The translations under genes and the position numbers were made by a program. Shown here piece after piece: positions 61,966 through 64,000 of a stretch of 64,000 nucleotides of DNA. Origin of the DNA: Negaprion brevirostris. Lineage: Eukaryota. The notes under the pieces are model-generated. The model was not told the DNA's origin. It did no database searches and was given only the letters and a program-made list of their open reading frames with translations. Position 1 is the first letter of the stretch. Each line of letters starts with the position of its first letter. The stretch covers positions 32,982,086-33,046,085 of the forward strand of contig JARDVH010000193.1 in the NCBI GenBank assembly GCA_030324005.1, written 5' to 3'.

Positions 61966-63002
61966 GCACGTCACATAAGGAGTCAGGACCAGTGCCATAT
62001 TCGGTGAAATGGTTTTGAACAATAGTGCATAAATGGACCTAGATGGACGAGGTAAGAGAAAGATGAAAATGGAAGTGATAAGAAAAGGCAAGAGATGAAA
62101 AACAGAAGCTGGAGAAGACCAACATAGGAAAAGAGACAGGGAAGAATAACAAAGTGGCATGGGGCAAAATGGCGCAAAGATCGCGCAGCACCTCATTAGG
62201 AATTGAGAGTTGGCCAGTAAACAGGAGCAATTGCAGTGCAATGTTTTTGTTTATGTCTGTCCCTGATTTTTGTGTTGGGGGAAGGGTGGATTCAATACCC
62301 TTCCAGTGATAACTTGAGACCACAAATAGGGTAATTGAGTGGGTTGTTTGAAGAATGATCTTCTTTATATAAATAAATAACAATAACAATAATAACTGTG
62401 AAAACAGGGGCATGAATAAAATAGAACACTCTATTGCAGACTGAAAAGCCCTCCAAAACCCACACATTCTCAGAAACCTCAACAGATACAAATAAAACAG
62501 TTACATAGGAGAAAAGGCTTATAAAAACATTTGGTAACACTTCCCTTCTCCTGAATTTTCTTGTAATATTCGGTAGCTTTGTAAGATAATGAGATGCTTT
62601 TCCCTTCTTTAATTCATAGGTTTCTTAGTGAGGCTTGTAATGCTGTTCCACAGCAGATGCAATGCTTGGAATTGTAATGCCGATGTGTGAGTATTGCAAC
62701 ACAAAGTCTGTGGTCACAACTAGCACTTCTACTCGTATAAGTTTAGCTGTAAGATGAAAGTTTACCCAAGAGTTTTCAATTAAATATGATCTCCACGTAC
62801 TGAATTTAATATCAAACTAGGCAAACACCTTTAGGCTTTTGTATCAAGGCCTTTACAGTGGAATGTGTACAAACTGAAGTTAGCAAAATATTGGTTACAG
62901 AAGTGCAGTTGAATATTTGCAACAAGTAAGTTTATATTTGTTAAACCTGCTNNNNNNNNNNAAATCAAGACCTTATTTCAAAAATACATTTTCCATGAAC
63001 TG

Positions 63003-63139
63003 TGGCTGGATTCTCCAATCTCATTCACCCCGCCACTGTTGCCAGCAAGAACAAATAATTTGGCGCTCAACTAAAACTCCATTCACTACAGTAGGCCTGG
63101 AGAATACCAGCTGTGGGCGAGGTCAAAGAATTCCACCCT
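63003..63139. mobile_element. MITE, Harbinger-like
   Basis: Imperfect TIRs ggctggattct / agaattccacc. Confidence 0.55.
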
Positions 63140-64000
63140 GTGCGTTTCACATTGTTTCAAATTTTGCTCTAGGTAAGAAATGTGTGCTGCTGTGCAGAAG
63201 ATGGTATTATGAAGAATTACTATGTGCTGCAAAGGGGTTACTAATAAATTAGTATGTGTTAATTATAGTGGTGGGCAGTGACAGCTGTTTTGCAAGATCG
63301 TTTTGCCTAATGGATTTTGGAATAAATCCTTCCATATTTCTGTTCACTGAACATGCTGAAAGTCCGCTATTTAATTGCTGTTGTAAATGTTGATTCAGAT
63401 TTCAAATAGGTCATTGGGATTAAGAGCAGTAGTTTGTGTGTAATGTAATATATTTCAGCATGTACATGTTTAGAGAAAGTGTTTCCTTTCTCCTTTCTTG
63501 CAGTTTTCCTACTCAAAACAGAATTTCTAGGCAGGAATTTTGTCTCAAGCTTCTATTAATAACCCCCTTAATGGAAGCTGTAAAATGGCGTACAGAACAA
63601 TACTTCTTAATTTCATCATTGACCCACTTTCTCAATTTCTGCAGGAAAGCGTCTAACCTCTGCATGACATGTCTTTGTGATTGTGCAGTATAATTGGTAT
63701 TCAGTTGATAACTCACCATGTAAGATTGAGTCGGTGAATCCACATCCTGTCATTTTGTAGCCCACTGGGTTGACCTATATATCATCACATGTTCATCTTG
63801 TAAATTTGGATACTCATGCACTGATCAGTATGAGGACAGCATCTGCCTTCCTTGTTTCACTAAATATAGACATTAAGTAGCATAGTTTCCCCAGATATCT
63901 TGGTCAACATATTTTGGCTCTATTGTGTGGTTCCAGATGGAATAAGTGGAAAAAGTAGGAAGGTGATGTATTCAGTAATTGCCAGTGTGTTTTGATTGAT

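Noticed and set aside
61980-62540. Overlapping hydrophobic minus-strand ORFs as a nested gene
   Set aside because: They arise from the purine-rich plus strand; no domain or consistent exon structure.

Overview
Eukaryotic, AT-rich, repeat-dense draft-assembly sequence with many N gaps. The repeat set (HE1-like V-SINEs, DeuSINE/SacSINE1-like SINEs, CR1/HER1-like, Rex1 and L2 LINEs, Penelope-like elements) points to a shark or another cartilaginous fish. The one host gene I can support is PHKB (phosphorylase kinase beta subunit) on the + strand. Six internal exons (16247-16342, 22285-22482, 25830-25887, 33127-33204, 48523-48681, 50421-50515) have canonical AG/GT ends and splice into one open frame of 684 nt (228 codons). 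The gene's ends were not found, so the rest of the window is probably PHKB intron. Most other listed ORFs are decayed transposon fragments or N-gap artefacts. Best leads: (1) a ~190-nt structured element at 51868-52058 with a U2 snRNA 5' head, an octamer motif, two modular hairpins and a possible target-site duplication, a candidate snRNA-derived SINE or ncRNA; (2) a minimal hammerhead ribozyme motif with an intact core, in sense orientation in a PHKB intron (23736-23772); (3) a two-gene PIF/Harbinger fossil with related MITEs; (4) an LTR-element fossil carrying a 54-bp tandem array; (5) an 84-bp inverted repeat; (6) a 29-nt motif repeated upstream of two consecutive exons. Family assignments come from recalled motifs, not database searches, and repeat boundaries are approximate.
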